64,000 nt of DNA from Bacteroidota bacterium (GCA_023381615.1 JAMCQL010000037.1:288-64287); one strand, 5' to 3'. Positions 9,948-19,457 are shown, numbered from the stretch's first letter. Numbers and translations: made by a program. The notes: generated by a model not told the origin, from the letters alone.

Positions 9948-10175
9948 ATGAAAGAGTTAAATGATCGCGTCGTGATTGATCCTGCGATCCGGTTTGGTAA
10001 GCCGGTCATTAAAGGAACAAGAGTTCCGGTTGAAGTTGTTCTTGGCAGACTTGCAGCCGGCTTAACGTACAAAGAAGTGATGAAAGAATATGAAATTACA
10101 AGAGAAGACATCCTTGCAGTTTTGCAGTATGCCGTACAGTATCTTTCACATGAAGAAATTTCTCTTGTAAGTTGA
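9948..10175 (+). CDS. DUF433-family antitoxin-like protein
   Basis: 75 aa, with AAGGTGG SD. ...VIDPAIRFGKPVIKGTRVPVEVVLGRLAAGLTYKEVMKEYEITREDILAVLQYA is the DUF433 pattern (recognised from memory). Confidence 0.75.
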   Translation: MKELNDRVVIDPAIRFGKPVIKGTRVPVEVVLGRLAAGLTYKEVMKEYEITREDILAVLQYAVQYLSHEEISLVS

Positions 10176-10176
10176 A

Positions 10177-10303
10177 ATGCCCCTTCTTCTTGTAGATGAA
10201 GACTTACCACGCACAACAGCTTCTTTACTTAAGCAACTCAATATTGAAAGCATGGATGTTCGTGATTATTGTCGAAGATGATAAAATAAGAATTAGAAAA
10301 TAG
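10177..10303 (+). pseudogene. internally deleted DUF5615 (PIN-like toxin partner of DUF433)
   Basis: ATG lies 1 nt after the DUF433 stop. The N-terminus MPLLLVDEDLPRTTASLLKQLNIESMDVRD runs into a stop. Another frame then gives FVIIVEDDKIRIRK*, the typical C-terminus of this family, so about 60 central codons are missing. Confidence 0.55.
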
Positions 10304-10320
10304 TGACGAGAAAAGTTTAG

Positions 10321-12006
10321 ATGACTTATCTAGTAACCGCGCGCAAATGGCGCCCGATGCGCTTCGATGAGGTTACGGCGCAGGAACATGTTACTGTCAC
10401 GATAAGAAATGCAATTCTCCGCAGTCGTATCGCGCACGCTTATTTGTTCAGCGGTCCGAGCGGAGTCGGCAAAACGACGACAGCCCGAATTCTTGCAAAG
10501 GCAATAAATTGTCCGAATGCCAAAGACGGAGAGCCGTGCAACGAATGCGACGTCTGCAAAGAGATCACAGAGGGAAGAAGCCTCGACGTGATCGAGATCG
10601 ACGGCGCTTCGAATCGCGGCATAGATGAAATAAGGGACTTGCGCGAATCGGTTCGCTATTCACCGTCGAGGCTGAAATATAAAATTTACGTTATAGATGA
10701 AGTGCACATGCTGACCAAAGAAGCATTCAATGCGCTTTTGAAGACGCTTGAGGAGCCGCCGTCTTATGCCGTGTTCGTTCTTGCAACGACCGAGCCGCAC
10801 AAAGTTATCCCGACGATACTTACGCGATGCCAGCGATTCGACTTCAAGCGAATTGAAATTGAAAAAATAATCGAGCGTCTGCGATTCATCTCAAAGGAAG
10901 AGAGAATTACAATTGATGAAGAGTCGCTCGTGACGATCGCAAAGAAGGGCGACGGCTCAATGCGCGATGCGCTGAGTATTTTCGATCAGGTCGCCGCCTT
11001 CTGCGGAAATGATATCAAGCACGATGTTGTCGTGGATGCACTCAGCCTCGTTGACAACGAATTGTTTTTCAAGATGACCGAGCTGATCGAAAAGAACGAT
11101 TCGAAAGGCGCTGTCGAACTTGCCGCTCAGATAGTCTCCCGCGGTTACGATTCCGTCGACTTCCTTGAGGGTTTGTCGGAGCATATCCGAAATCTTCTTG
11201 TCGCTTCGACGACAGGGAAAGCGGATTTGATAGAGGCTTCTCAGGATTACCGGAAACGCTATCTCGAGACCGCGGCTAAATTTGACAAATTGGATTTGCT
11301 TCGTCTTCTGAAAACGACAAGCGAAGCGGTGCAGCAGATAAAGTATGTCTCGCAGCCGAGAATAAAACTTGAGATGACTCTGCTGCAGCTTGTCAACATG
11401 GAGCGTTCGATCAAGCTTCGCGAGCTTCTTCAACAAGTTGAAGATTTAAAAAAAAACTTGAATAGTCCGAAGGGTTTCGCCGCGGCGAGTCCACGGCCTG
11501 CAGGCGGAGACAATTCTCCACGCCAATTTTCGGCAAGCCCTCCGGCCGGCACGACGCAAAGAGAGCCGCGTCCTAATTTCCCGGAGAGAAAAGCTCAGCC
11601 GATGCCGAATTCGAATCGGACGGTGTCTCGTCCCGGCGACAAAATTTCCGAAGAAAAGCCTTCATACAGCAGCACCGAAGCTGCGTTCCAGGAAATCACC
11701 GTGAGGTGGGATGAGTTCCTGCATTATGTGCAGAAGGAAAGGATCGCGGTTTGGTCGCATCTCATCAACCTGAAACCTCTCGGTACGCGAAACGGCTGGT
11801 TGGTTCTGGGCGCGCCAAACGAAATTGTCGTCGGAATGACGAAGCCGTATAAAACATATATTCAGGACGCCATTCTCAAGAATTTGGGAATTCGCGTCGC
11901 GATAGATTTCACAATTGCGAATTCCGAACAGCCTGTTGAAACAGATGTCAACAATCCACTTGTGCAATTTTTAAAAGATGAATTTGGTGCTGAACCGCTT
12001 GAGTAG
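10321..12006 (+). CDS. dnaX: DNA polymerase III subunits gamma/tau
   Basis: 561 aa. MTYLVTARKWRPMRFDEV..., Walker A GPSGVGKTT, zinc module CNECDVC, and SRC-like TRCQRFDF. Confidence 0.97.
   Translation: MTYLVTARKWRPMRFDEVTAQEHVTVTIRNAILRSRIAHAYLFSGPSGVGKTTTARILAKAINCPNAKDGEPCNECDVCKEITEGRSLDVIEIDGASNRGIDEIRDLRESVRYSPSRLKYKIYVIDEVHMLTKEAFNALLKTLEEPPSYAVFVLATTEPHKVIPTILTRCQRFDFKRIEIEKIIERLRFISKEERITIDEESLVTIAKKGDGSMRDALSIFDQVAAFCGNDIKHDVVVDALSLVDNELFFKMTELIEKNDSKGAVELAAQIVSRGYDSVDFLEGLSEHIRNLLVASTTGKADLIEASQDYRKRYLETAAKFDKLDLLRLLKTTSEAVQQIKYVSQPRIKLEMTLLQLVNMERSIKLRELLQQVEDLKKNLNSPKGFAAASPRPAGGDNSPRQFSASPPAGTTQREPRPNFPERKAQPMPNSNRTVSRPGDKISEEKPSYSSTEAAFQEITVRWDEFLHYVQKERIAVWSHLINLKPLGTRNGWLVLGAPNEIVVGMTKPYKTYIQDAILKNLGIRVAIDFTIANSEQPVETDVNNPLVQFLKDEFGAEPLE
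11448..11456 (+). promoter_or_regulatory. A9 slippery run in dnaX (candidate gamma-subunit recoding site)
   Basis: TTA AAA AAA AAC at codons 376-379. One fewer A gives ...ACT TGA and one extra A (or a -1 shift) gives ...CTT GAA TAG, so both alternative frames stop within 1-3 codons. Confidence 0.5.
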
Positions 12007-13036
12007 TAAGTGTCGTATTTTCATAAGCGTTATTTTTGTGATGGCTTTTGAGGCCGGCTTCTCGACGCGCGCAAATGCGGGCGGGATAACTCTCGGCAAA
12101 TACGCGAATGATTTCCTTTCGATCGGAGTCGGAGGCAGGGCGCTTGGAATGGGGAGCGCATTCACCGCAGTCGCGAACGATGTTACCGCGGGATATTGGA
12201 ACCCGGCAGGACTTTCGAGATTGAAGTTTCCCGAAATAATTTTAATGCACGACCAGCGATACGGCGGAGTTGTCAGCTATGATTACGGTGCGGCGGCGAT
12301 GTCGCTGTCGAAGGGCGAAACCGTCGGGATCAGCGCCATCGTTTCAAGCGTCAGCGGGATTCCAAATACGCTGAACGCGCTCATCGACTACAACGGCAAC
12401 GGAATTTTCGATCCGACCGACAGGCTCGATTATTCAAAGATAACATTCTTCAGCGCGACTGATGTCGCCGTAATCGGAAGCTATGCGAAGCGTTACAGCG
12501 AGAATTTCGCCTACGGTGCTAATGTAAAATTCATCCGCCGCAGTATCGGTTCAACTTACGGGACGGGAATCGGTTTTGATGTCGGCGCACTCTACACGCC
12601 GTTTACAAATTTCAGCCTTGGCGCAAATCTGCAGAATGCCACGACGACTATCGTAGCTTGGACGACCGGCACGACCGAAGTTCTTGCGCCGACGCTTGCG
12701 ACCGGAGCGGCTTATCGTTTTTCTGTTGGTCCGGCTACGATCATGCCCGCGGTTGATCTGCTCTTCAATGCTGATAACATGGGGTCATCTTCCACCGTAC
12801 ACGTCGGCCCTCTGAGTGCGGATTTGCGCGCCGGCGCGGAAGTGAGCTACAAGAATATCATCGCCATTCGTGCCGGCTATAATGAAGTGAAGCAGTTCAC
12901 TGTCGGTGCCGGTATCCATCTTCCTAAACTTGAAATAGACTACTCCTTTGCGAGATTTGCTTACTCAGGCGCACTTGACGATACACACCGGATCTCACTT
13001 AAACTTGTCCTTGAGAACAGCAAGCCGAATTCTTAA
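11978..13036 (+). CDS. PorV/PorQ-family outer-membrane beta-barrel protein (T9SS-associated family)
   Basis: 352 aa with a signal-like N-terminus. FLSIGVGGRALGMGSAFTAVANDVTAGYWNPAGL is the conserved N-terminal motif of this family as I recall it. Gly/aromatic beta-strands run throughout. The start is uncertain because the ORF overlaps the dnaX end. Confidence 0.55.
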   Translation: MNLVLNRLSSKCRIFISVIFVMAFEAGFSTRANAGGITLGKYANDFLSIGVGGRALGMGSAFTAVANDVTAGYWNPAGLSRLKFPEIILMHDQRYGGVVSYDYGAAAMSLSKGETVGISAIVSSVSGIPNTLNALIDYNGNGIFDPTDRLDYSKITFFSATDVAVIGSYAKRYSENFAYGANVKFIRRSIGSTYGTGIGFDVGALYTPFTNFSLGANLQNATTTIVAWTTGTTEVLAPTLATGAAYRFSVGPATIMPAVDLLFNADNMGSSSTVHVGPLSADLRAGAEVSYKNIIAIRAGYNEVKQFTVGAGIHLPKLEIDYSFARFAYSGALDDTHRISLKLVLENSKPNS

Positions 13037-13646
13037 ATCGCTGCTGGTTGTCCTGGCGTTGACATTTGTTTCCTGCTCGCGAGACTCTGAGCGTGTGGAA
13101 TTCAAAACGAACGACGCAAAGCTTTATCTTGAAACACTAAATCAGTTCCGGGCACAAAAGGATATTTACTTTAAGACGAACTTGTCGTCGCCGCTGACGA
13201 GCGCGGAGAAAATGTCGTTCCAGCATCTCAACTACTACCCTCCGAATTTCGGTTTGATATATCAAGTCAAGCTCCTCAAAGAGAGTTCGCCGGAGCGAAT
13301 GGATATTCAGGCGACGGGCGGCGAGATGAGGCCTGCAGTAAAATGTGGAAAGTTTGAATTTGAAGTCGGCGGCCAAAAAGTCCGGCTCTTCGTTTATAAA
13401 ATGTTAGGGGATGCTTCCAACGATCTATTCCTGCCTTTCACCGACGAGACGTGCGGCAAGACTTCCTATTCGGGCGGAAGATACATCGACCTCAAAGAGA
13501 ACGAGTCCGGGAGTTACAGGCTCGATTTTAATTACGCTTACAATCCGTACTGCGCGTATAATCATAATTTCAGTTGCCCGATAGTTCCGCAGGAAAATCA
13601 TCTCGATGTTCCGATCGCGGCTGGAGAAATGAAGTACGGAGATTGA
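13011..13646 (+). CDS. DUF1684 domain lipoprotein
   Basis: ORF 12948..13646. A TTG at 13011 gives MRTASRILKSLLVVLALTFVSC (lipobox) and reduces the overlap with the upstream gene from 89 to 26 nt. ...LFLPFTDETCGKTSYSGGRYIDL...FNYAYNPYCAYN..FSCPIVPQENHL is the DUF1684 signature. Confidence 0.8.
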   Translation: MRTASRILKSLLVVLALTFVSCSRDSERVEFKTNDAKLYLETLNQFRAQKDIYFKTNLSSPLTSAEKMSFQHLNYYPPNFGLIYQVKLLKESSPERMDIQATGGEMRPAVKCGKFEFEVGGQKVRLFVYKMLGDASNDLFLPFTDETCGKTSYSGGRYIDLKENESGSYRLDFNYAYNPYCAYNHNFSCPIVPQENHLDVPIAAGEMKYGD

Positions 13647-14287
13647 CGAAGTTCAACAACGTGCTTGCTTTTCAGGATACGGATGCGTATTTATTGAAAA
13701 GTGTGCGAGCAAAAGAGAACACTTCAACTTTATGGCATTTGAAAAGCCTTGGTTCGAATAAGTGAGATCAAAAGCAAAAAACCGAAAAGTCGCGGGGCGA
13801 CGCAAGGGAGATAAGTTTTATAGAGAATTATGTTTATGAAAACGATGAAGGGGTTTTTTACATTGAAGAAGGTGAAGCGATTTACTCGCTCGATGAATCC
13901 ATAAGAAAGGCAAAAGCGGCACATAAATTTCCCGAGACTGAATTGGCTGAGCTTATAGCTAATCTAAGGAAAGCACTGAAGAATAAAAGAAATTTGAGTT
14001 TTGTTGTTGGCTGACAAACGAAGTTCTTGAGTTCACTTGGTGGCAATCAAAGAAAAGAGTTTGACGATGCAATAAAACTAGCATCCGGCACGGCTGGCAA
14101 TGCGGATAAAGTTGCTGTTATTGACGGTGCGCTTTGGTTTCGGTGCGGTTCGCACGAATTCATAAATATAGAGCACTCCAATGTCTGTGCACTCAGCGCT
14201 CTTTTGTTGAAGGATTTTCTTAAGAGCTTTTGAGCGGCAACCTTTTTATATCAGTCGAGTCGGTTTTGAACTGGCTCACCCAGAGAA

Positions 14288-15568
14288 TTACCCGAATACT
14301 AAATTCGACCCACTGTATTCAAATCCGGGAAAAACAGGCGCGACATCTTGCACACCAAGGTGCTTCGTGATCGCCTCGGAAAGAACTGTTCGGAAATCGG
14401 TGGCCAATGCAAGATCGCGTCCCTGATATAAATCATTCTCGTTGAGTCCGGGCCATTTGCCCGCGACTCGGCCGCCGTTCACATTCCCGCCGAATACCAT
14501 CATCACGTTTGCATGTCCGTGGTCTGTGCCGCCGTTTCCGTTCTCGTGAACTGTCCTTCCAAATTCCGACATCGTTACCACCACAACATTGCCGAATTTT
14601 TCCCCGAGGTCGTCACGGAAAGCTTTTATGGATTCGTCAAACTGCTTCAGTAAATTTGGCAGCACGCCATTTTCTGTCCCGCCTTCGTTAACGTGCGTGT
14701 CCCACCCTTCGACATCGACAAACGCTATCTGCAATCCGACATTCATCTTGATGAGTTTCGCTACCTCGTGCAATTTTTTGGCGAGCGGATAAGCCGGATA
14801 GTTTGAATTGTCGTCGTCCCTGATTTTGGAATTCTTGGCGACTTTCATAGCCTCGCGCAGTATTGAGACCGAACCGCCGAGGACCTGACTCGACGAGTAC
14901 ATCTCCGCGAGCGCGGAAGAAAATTCCTCCGAGTCCCTTGATCCGAACTTGAGTTCATCAATCGAATTGAAGCACAGCGCCGGGTAATCTCCACGCAGGC
15001 TCAACGGCAGTTCCGGAGTTATCGCGACAAGCTCGAACGGCGTTCGCGCAGTGCCGTCGACTTGTGTCATCGTCCGATTCAGCCAGCCTGTTTCCGTTGT
15101 CGCGACCCCCGGTGTCCCTGCTTCCATAAAATTCTGCGCTTCGAAGTGAGATCGCGTCCCGTCCGGAGAACCGGAAGCGTGTATAAACACTGCCTCTCGC
15201 GCCTGAAACATCTTCTGAATATTTTTCATCCTCGGATTGACTCCGAAAAATCCGTCGAGATCGAGCGCGGCATCTTCCGAAGCCGTCGGTCCTCTCGACT
15301 CTTGTCGGGATTGCCGAAGGCGGGTCGAAGGACGCGGGATTGCGATGCTGCTCCTAAGGCTGTAATAGTTGTCTTCGCCGTAAGGCACAACGACATTCAG
15401 TCCATCAACTGCGCCTCTCATGAAAATATTTACGAGCACTTTCCCATCGCGGGAAGGCGCATTCAAATCCTGGGCTTGCAAGGTTTTTACGAAGAACTTC
15501 GGCATTCCGAGAAATCCAAGCGACACAGCACTGAGACTTGCTGACTTCAAGAAATATCTCCTGTTCAT
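14288..15568 (-). CDS. DUF1501 domain protein (sulfatase-fold, Tat signal)
   Basis: 426 aa. Tat-type signal MNRRYFLKSASLSAVSLGF. C-terminal ...MSEFGRTVHENGNGGTDHGHANVMMVFGG is typical of DUF1501. Confidence 0.85.
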   Translation of the reverse strand: MNRRYFLKSASLSAVSLGFLGMPKFFVKTLQAQDLNAPSRDGKVLVNIFMRGAVDGLNVVVPYGEDNYYSLRSSIAIPRPSTRLRQSRQESRGPTASEDAALDLDGFFGVNPRMKNIQKMFQAREAVFIHASGSPDGTRSHFEAQNFMEAGTPGVATTETGWLNRTMTQVDGTARTPFELVAITPELPLSLRGDYPALCFNSIDELKFGSRDSEEFSSALAEMYSSSQVLGGSVSILREAMKVAKNSKIRDDDNSNYPAYPLAKKLHEVAKLIKMNVGLQIAFVDVEGWDTHVNEGGTENGVLPNLLKQFDESIKAFRDDLGEKFGNVVVVTMSEFGRTVHENGNGGTDHGHANVMMVFGGNVNGGRVAGKWPGLNENDLYQGRDLALATDFRTVLSEAITKHLGVQDVAPVFPGFEYSGSNLVFG

Positions 15569-15571
15569 CTG

Positions 15572-17221
15572 TCATCTCCTCTGAAATTCTGGCGAATTCA
15601 AAAGTAAAGCATAAATTTCCGGAAGAGGCATGTCGCCCTGTTCCGATTCTTGTTCGATTACCTTTTGTGTCGTTGAATCTAAAGGGACACCGATAACTTC
15701 GTCGCTGAAATCTTTTTCCAATACTCTCGGTGTGTCGGCGTTTCCGTTCGTGAAGATCTCGTCGTAGTCGATATTTATTCCCTTGATCCTGTTGTCGGCA
15801 AGTGCGAGCGCAAAGTTGGAATGTTTCAAAAGAATATCGGCATCCATCCACGACCTCGAGTTTTCGGAATAGCCTTTCGGCGAGTTGACAAAGTACGGGA
15901 CCAATCCCATCGATCTTATAAGGCCAAAGAGCCGTTTTGACGGGAAGAACGACGCGTTCGAGGCGCGGATAGCACTGACAACATATTCGTATGGATTTTT
16001 GTATTTGTAGTATCGACGGCTGGTGAAGTCTCTCGAAAGAAAAGTTGTAAGTAAAACTTTCTTTATGTCGCCGCCGGTATTCAGAAAAGTTTGAGCGGCT
16101 TTGTCAACGAGTTCTTCGGGCGGATTATCGGAAACGAATCGGCGGCAGAGTTCGTAAGAAATGAAGTGTGCCGTCATAGGATTGTTCGCTAAATAATCGA
16201 GCAACTTCATGCCGTCGTCGAAGCCGCCATCCGGGGGAATTTCGAGCCCGAGGACTTTTTTCGGACCTTTGTCATGCATCGCGTCGTCATAGAGAAATCC
16301 GCCGCCGTCTTGAATTGGCGCGACAGTCCAGCCGGTCAGGCTTCTGGCGGCGTTGATGACGTCCTGCTGTGCGTAGTTGAGTCCGACGGTGTGCAGCTCG
16401 AGGAGTTCGCGCCCATAGTTTTCGTTCAAGCCTTTGCTGGTGAAAAAAGCCGCGCCAAGTTTGTCAAGATAAGCCCTTCGTTCGGCGAATGGACCCAATT
16501 CCCGCCTTGTTTTCATCAGCACGAGCCTTTTTCTGTCGATGAAGTTCGGGTCCGCGCTCTCTGTATTGTCGAGATAGAGAAGCATCGCAGGACTTGTCGC
16601 AACGGACTTTAGTAGATCAGAAAATTTCCCGAGCGCATTTTCGCGGACTCTGCGGGTGAAATCTACGAGATAGTATGGGACCAAAGATTTTATGGCATAA
16701 ATGTTAAAGTGGTTCAACCAGAAATCTGTCATGACATCCTGAAGCTGCCGCTTCGAGTAAACATCGCGAACCAATTTCGCGGCTTCAAGCTCGACCAATA
16801 TTTCTCCTGTCGATCTCTTCGGATATATCTTCGCATCTTTGCCTTCCTCTTTTCTAATCACGAAAGGCGGCGGGTAATTTTCGTAAAGTTCTTTCGGGGT
16901 CATGCTTAAGGCAGGGAGATGTGAAATCATCGAATCGCATTCGGAGTCATCGATGAATTGCGGATTAAGTTGTTCATCTAAATATTTCGCCGCTCCTTCA
17001 TTTTCAACATCAGCGATCTGGCCGGGCACAACTCCGAAGCTGGTTCTTCTCAAAAGGATTGCGGCTCTCTCATAATCGAACGAGGAATTAATCGAAGAGG
17101 GAACTTTGATGATCTCCCGGCGAAGTTGAGAGTTTTTTGTGTAGGTGGAATTTTTTTCGGCGGCGCAGCCGCTTATGAACACAACGCCAAAAATCAAAAA
17201 CAGGTACTTCATCATCTGCAT
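15572..17221 (-). CDS. DUF1800 domain lipoprotein
   Basis: 549 aa, with lipobox FISGC. ...FWLNHFN..., ...ELHTVG... and ...PAMLLYLDN... are DUF1800 motifs. The gene is adjacent to and co-oriented with DUF1501, the usual pairing. Confidence 0.8.
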   Translation of the reverse strand: MQMMKYLFLIFGVVFISGCAAEKNSTYTKNSQLRREIIKVPSSINSSFDYERAAILLRRTSFGVVPGQIADVENEGAAKYLDEQLNPQFIDDSECDSMISHLPALSMTPKELYENYPPPFVIRKEEGKDAKIYPKRSTGEILVELEAAKLVRDVYSKRQLQDVMTDFWLNHFNIYAIKSLVPYYLVDFTRRVRENALGKFSDLLKSVATSPAMLLYLDNTESADPNFIDRKRLVLMKTRRELGPFAERRAYLDKLGAAFFTSKGLNENYGRELLELHTVGLNYAQQDVINAARSLTGWTVAPIQDGGGFLYDDAMHDKGPKKVLGLEIPPDGGFDDGMKLLDYLANNPMTAHFISYELCRRFVSDNPPEELVDKAAQTFLNTGGDIKKVLLTTFLSRDFTSRRYYKYKNPYEYVVSAIRASNASFFPSKRLFGLIRSMGLVPYFVNSPKGYSENSRSWMDADILLKHSNFALALADNRIKGINIDYDEIFTNGNADTPRVLEKDFSDEVIGVPLDSTTQKVIEQESEQGDMPLPEIYALLLNSPEFQRR

Positions 17222-17314
17222 CTCTTTCAGCTCCTCTGTGAGTATTTAGTCTCAATCGGAGGCAGTAAGGTTTAAAGCCAAATCCTTCCAATTTTTCTTT
17301 TCTGTAACAAAACG

Positions 17315-19414
17315 TTGCAGAATGCGAAGAGTAGAATTAGATTACACCACATGCAAATAAGTCTGAAAAATAGTATGTATTTGGTTTCCGCAGGGGCGAT
17401 TGGCACTCTCCTTCTCGCCTATGATTGGATAAGGATCACGATCAACTTGGAAGATCCTGTCCTGAACGGATTGCGGAATCTATTTTCGGTTGTTGCATTC
17501 TTTTTCCTTTTTGCCGCTGTTGTTTCTTTTCGAAGCAAGAAGCAGTCGAGGCCTCTTGAGACTCTTCGCAAACTTGTCGGGTATGGATTTATTACCGCGG
17601 CAATAATCTCGGCTTGGGGAATTGTTCTAGAGAACAAAGGAGACGAATCGGGAAGCTTTGTTCCTCAAAATGTGATGCAGCTTTTAGCGACCACTTTTTT
17701 CTCGTTCGGTATCGCCGCGTTAATTTTCCTCCTCCTCATCCTTATTAAGGACCTCATATATATCAAACCCGAAAAAAAAGTCAGGAGAAGATTCGAGCTT
17801 TTCATAATTTTAGCAATAGCTGCCGCCATTCTTAAAGTTTTTCACGGACCATCGTTCATAAAGACTCTTTCAGATATTACTTTTGTGATCGCCATAATTC
17901 TTGCTGTCCTGCACATCGTCAGCATGAATTGGATCGTTTTCCTGACACGCAAAGAAAAGTACAGCTCGCTCGTCTACTCGTTTTTTCTGATAATACTCTT
18001 CGGATATTCCTATGCTTCCGTCGGTCCGGTACATTTAGCCGGAGGCGTCCTTCAGTTTTACAGCGTTCCGATGGAAGAGTTTGCCAAACTTGTTTTCCTG
18101 TTTTTAACCATTTATTTCTCGCTGGCGTTTGTGGTAACAATGTTCCACATACCGACAAGCGGTGTCTTCGAGAAGAAAAAGCGCGAGCTTGATTCCTACC
18201 AGAACTTAAGCAAGGTTATCACGAACGTAATGGACACATCGGAAGTCTTGAACAATACCGTCGCCGTCGTCGGGACTGTCACTCAGGCAAATAAAGTTTG
18301 GATCGAGCTAAGAAACGGAAATCATGAAGATGGTAATACCGTTGAGAAGTTCGAAGTTAGCGCGACTCACAGAACGAGCCAATATGAGCTTTCTGCTTTT
18401 GATTTCAGTCAAATCAGGAACGCGGTTCAGGAAAAGAAAAAAATGATCGTGCAGAACGTCGAAGATTTTGCAAAGCTGGACTTGAAGGACTTTCCGGCGA
18501 AATCGCTGCTCGCGGTTCCGCTCACCGCCCACGATGATTTTATCGGAGTGCTTTACGCCGCGCACGACATGCCTTTCGCATTTGACGAGGAAGAGATTTC
18601 CACCGTGAGCGCTTTTGCCGATACGGCGGCAGTTGCCATACAGAATTCGCTCCTTTTCATGAAGTCCCTCGAAAACGAGCGCCTTCAGCACGAATTGCGC
18701 ATCGCTCATGAAATGCAATTGAAACTTTTGCCGACCTCGCTTCCGAGCACCGAAAAATTCGAGACGGATTTTCTCGCGTTCCCTGCGTTCGAAGTCGGCG
18801 GTGATTATATTGACTATTCAGTGATTGATGATAGGCGATACGCTTTCGTTGTCGGCGATGTCTCCGGGAAGGGGACCTCGGCGGCGTTTTACATGGCTTA
18901 TATGAAAGGAGTTTTTCAATCGCTTTCTACTTCAGCGAAGTCCCCGTCGGAGTTTATGATGGCGGCAAACGAGGCGGTGGGCAATACGCTTCAAAAAAAT
19001 TTCTTCATAACGCTAATTTATGTGATGCTTGATTCGCAGACAGGTGAAATTTCGTTGGTGCGAGCCGGGCATACCCCCGGTGTGCTCATAAGCGGAAAAG
19101 ATTGCAGGTTGATTAGGCCTGCCGGCGTCGGACTTGGACTTGAACAATCGAAAGATTTTGGAAAACACCTCGAGGAAGAAAAGATTATTCTCAAGCATGG
19201 GGACACGCTTGTGTTTTACACTGACGGCGCGACAGACCAGCGGGATCCGGAAGGGCAGGAATTTGGAGAACAGCGTTTGTACAATTTGTTGAAAGAGCTA
19301 AGCAGCGGAACGGCGACAGAAATCAAGGGAGGCATTATCCGCGCTTTAGCTGAATTTTCTCAGGGCACTGATGCAGTTGATGACACGACTGTATTAATTT
19401 TGAAATGGAAATGA
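17315..19414 (+). CDS. membrane-bound GAF/PP2C (SpoIIE/RsbU-type) serine phosphatase
   Basis: 699 aa. About 250 aa of multiple TM helices, a GAF-like middle, then HEMQLKLLP...GGDYIDY...VVGDVSGKGTSAAFYMA...DGATD...DDTTVL. The start is uncertain (ATGs also at 17351 and 17375). Confidence 0.85.
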   Translation: MQNAKSRIRLHHMQISLKNSMYLVSAGAIGTLLLAYDWIRITINLEDPVLNGLRNLFSVVAFFFLFAAVVSFRSKKQSRPLETLRKLVGYGFITAAIISAWGIVLENKGDESGSFVPQNVMQLLATTFFSFGIAALIFLLLILIKDLIYIKPEKKVRRRFELFIILAIAAAILKVFHGPSFIKTLSDITFVIAIILAVLHIVSMNWIVFLTRKEKYSSLVYSFFLIILFGYSYASVGPVHLAGGVLQFYSVPMEEFAKLVFLFLTIYFSLAFVVTMFHIPTSGVFEKKKRELDSYQNLSKVITNVMDTSEVLNNTVAVVGTVTQANKVWIELRNGNHEDGNTVEKFEVSATHRTSQYELSAFDFSQIRNAVQEKKKMIVQNVEDFAKLDLKDFPAKSLLAVPLTAHDDFIGVLYAAHDMPFAFDEEEISTVSAFADTAAVAIQNSLLFMKSLENERLQHELRIAHEMQLKLLPTSLPSTEKFETDFLAFPAFEVGGDYIDYSVIDDRRYAFVVGDVSGKGTSAAFYMAYMKGVFQSLSTSAKSPSEFMMAANEAVGNTLQKNFFITLIYVMLDSQTGEISLVRAGHTPGVLISGKDCRLIRPAGVGLGLEQSKDFGKHLEEEKIILKHGDTLVFYTDGATDQRDPEGQEFGEQRLYNLLKELSSGTATEIKGGIIRALAEFSQGTDAVDDTTVLILKWK

Positions 19415-19457
19415 GCTTAAAAAATGCTGAAACGTTATAGCAAAGTCGGAGGAAATA

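Noticed and set aside
9869-10216. Minus-strand ORF of 115 aa
   Set aside because: It is antisense to the DUF433 gene and the duplicated dnaX 5' end, and has no recognisable family.
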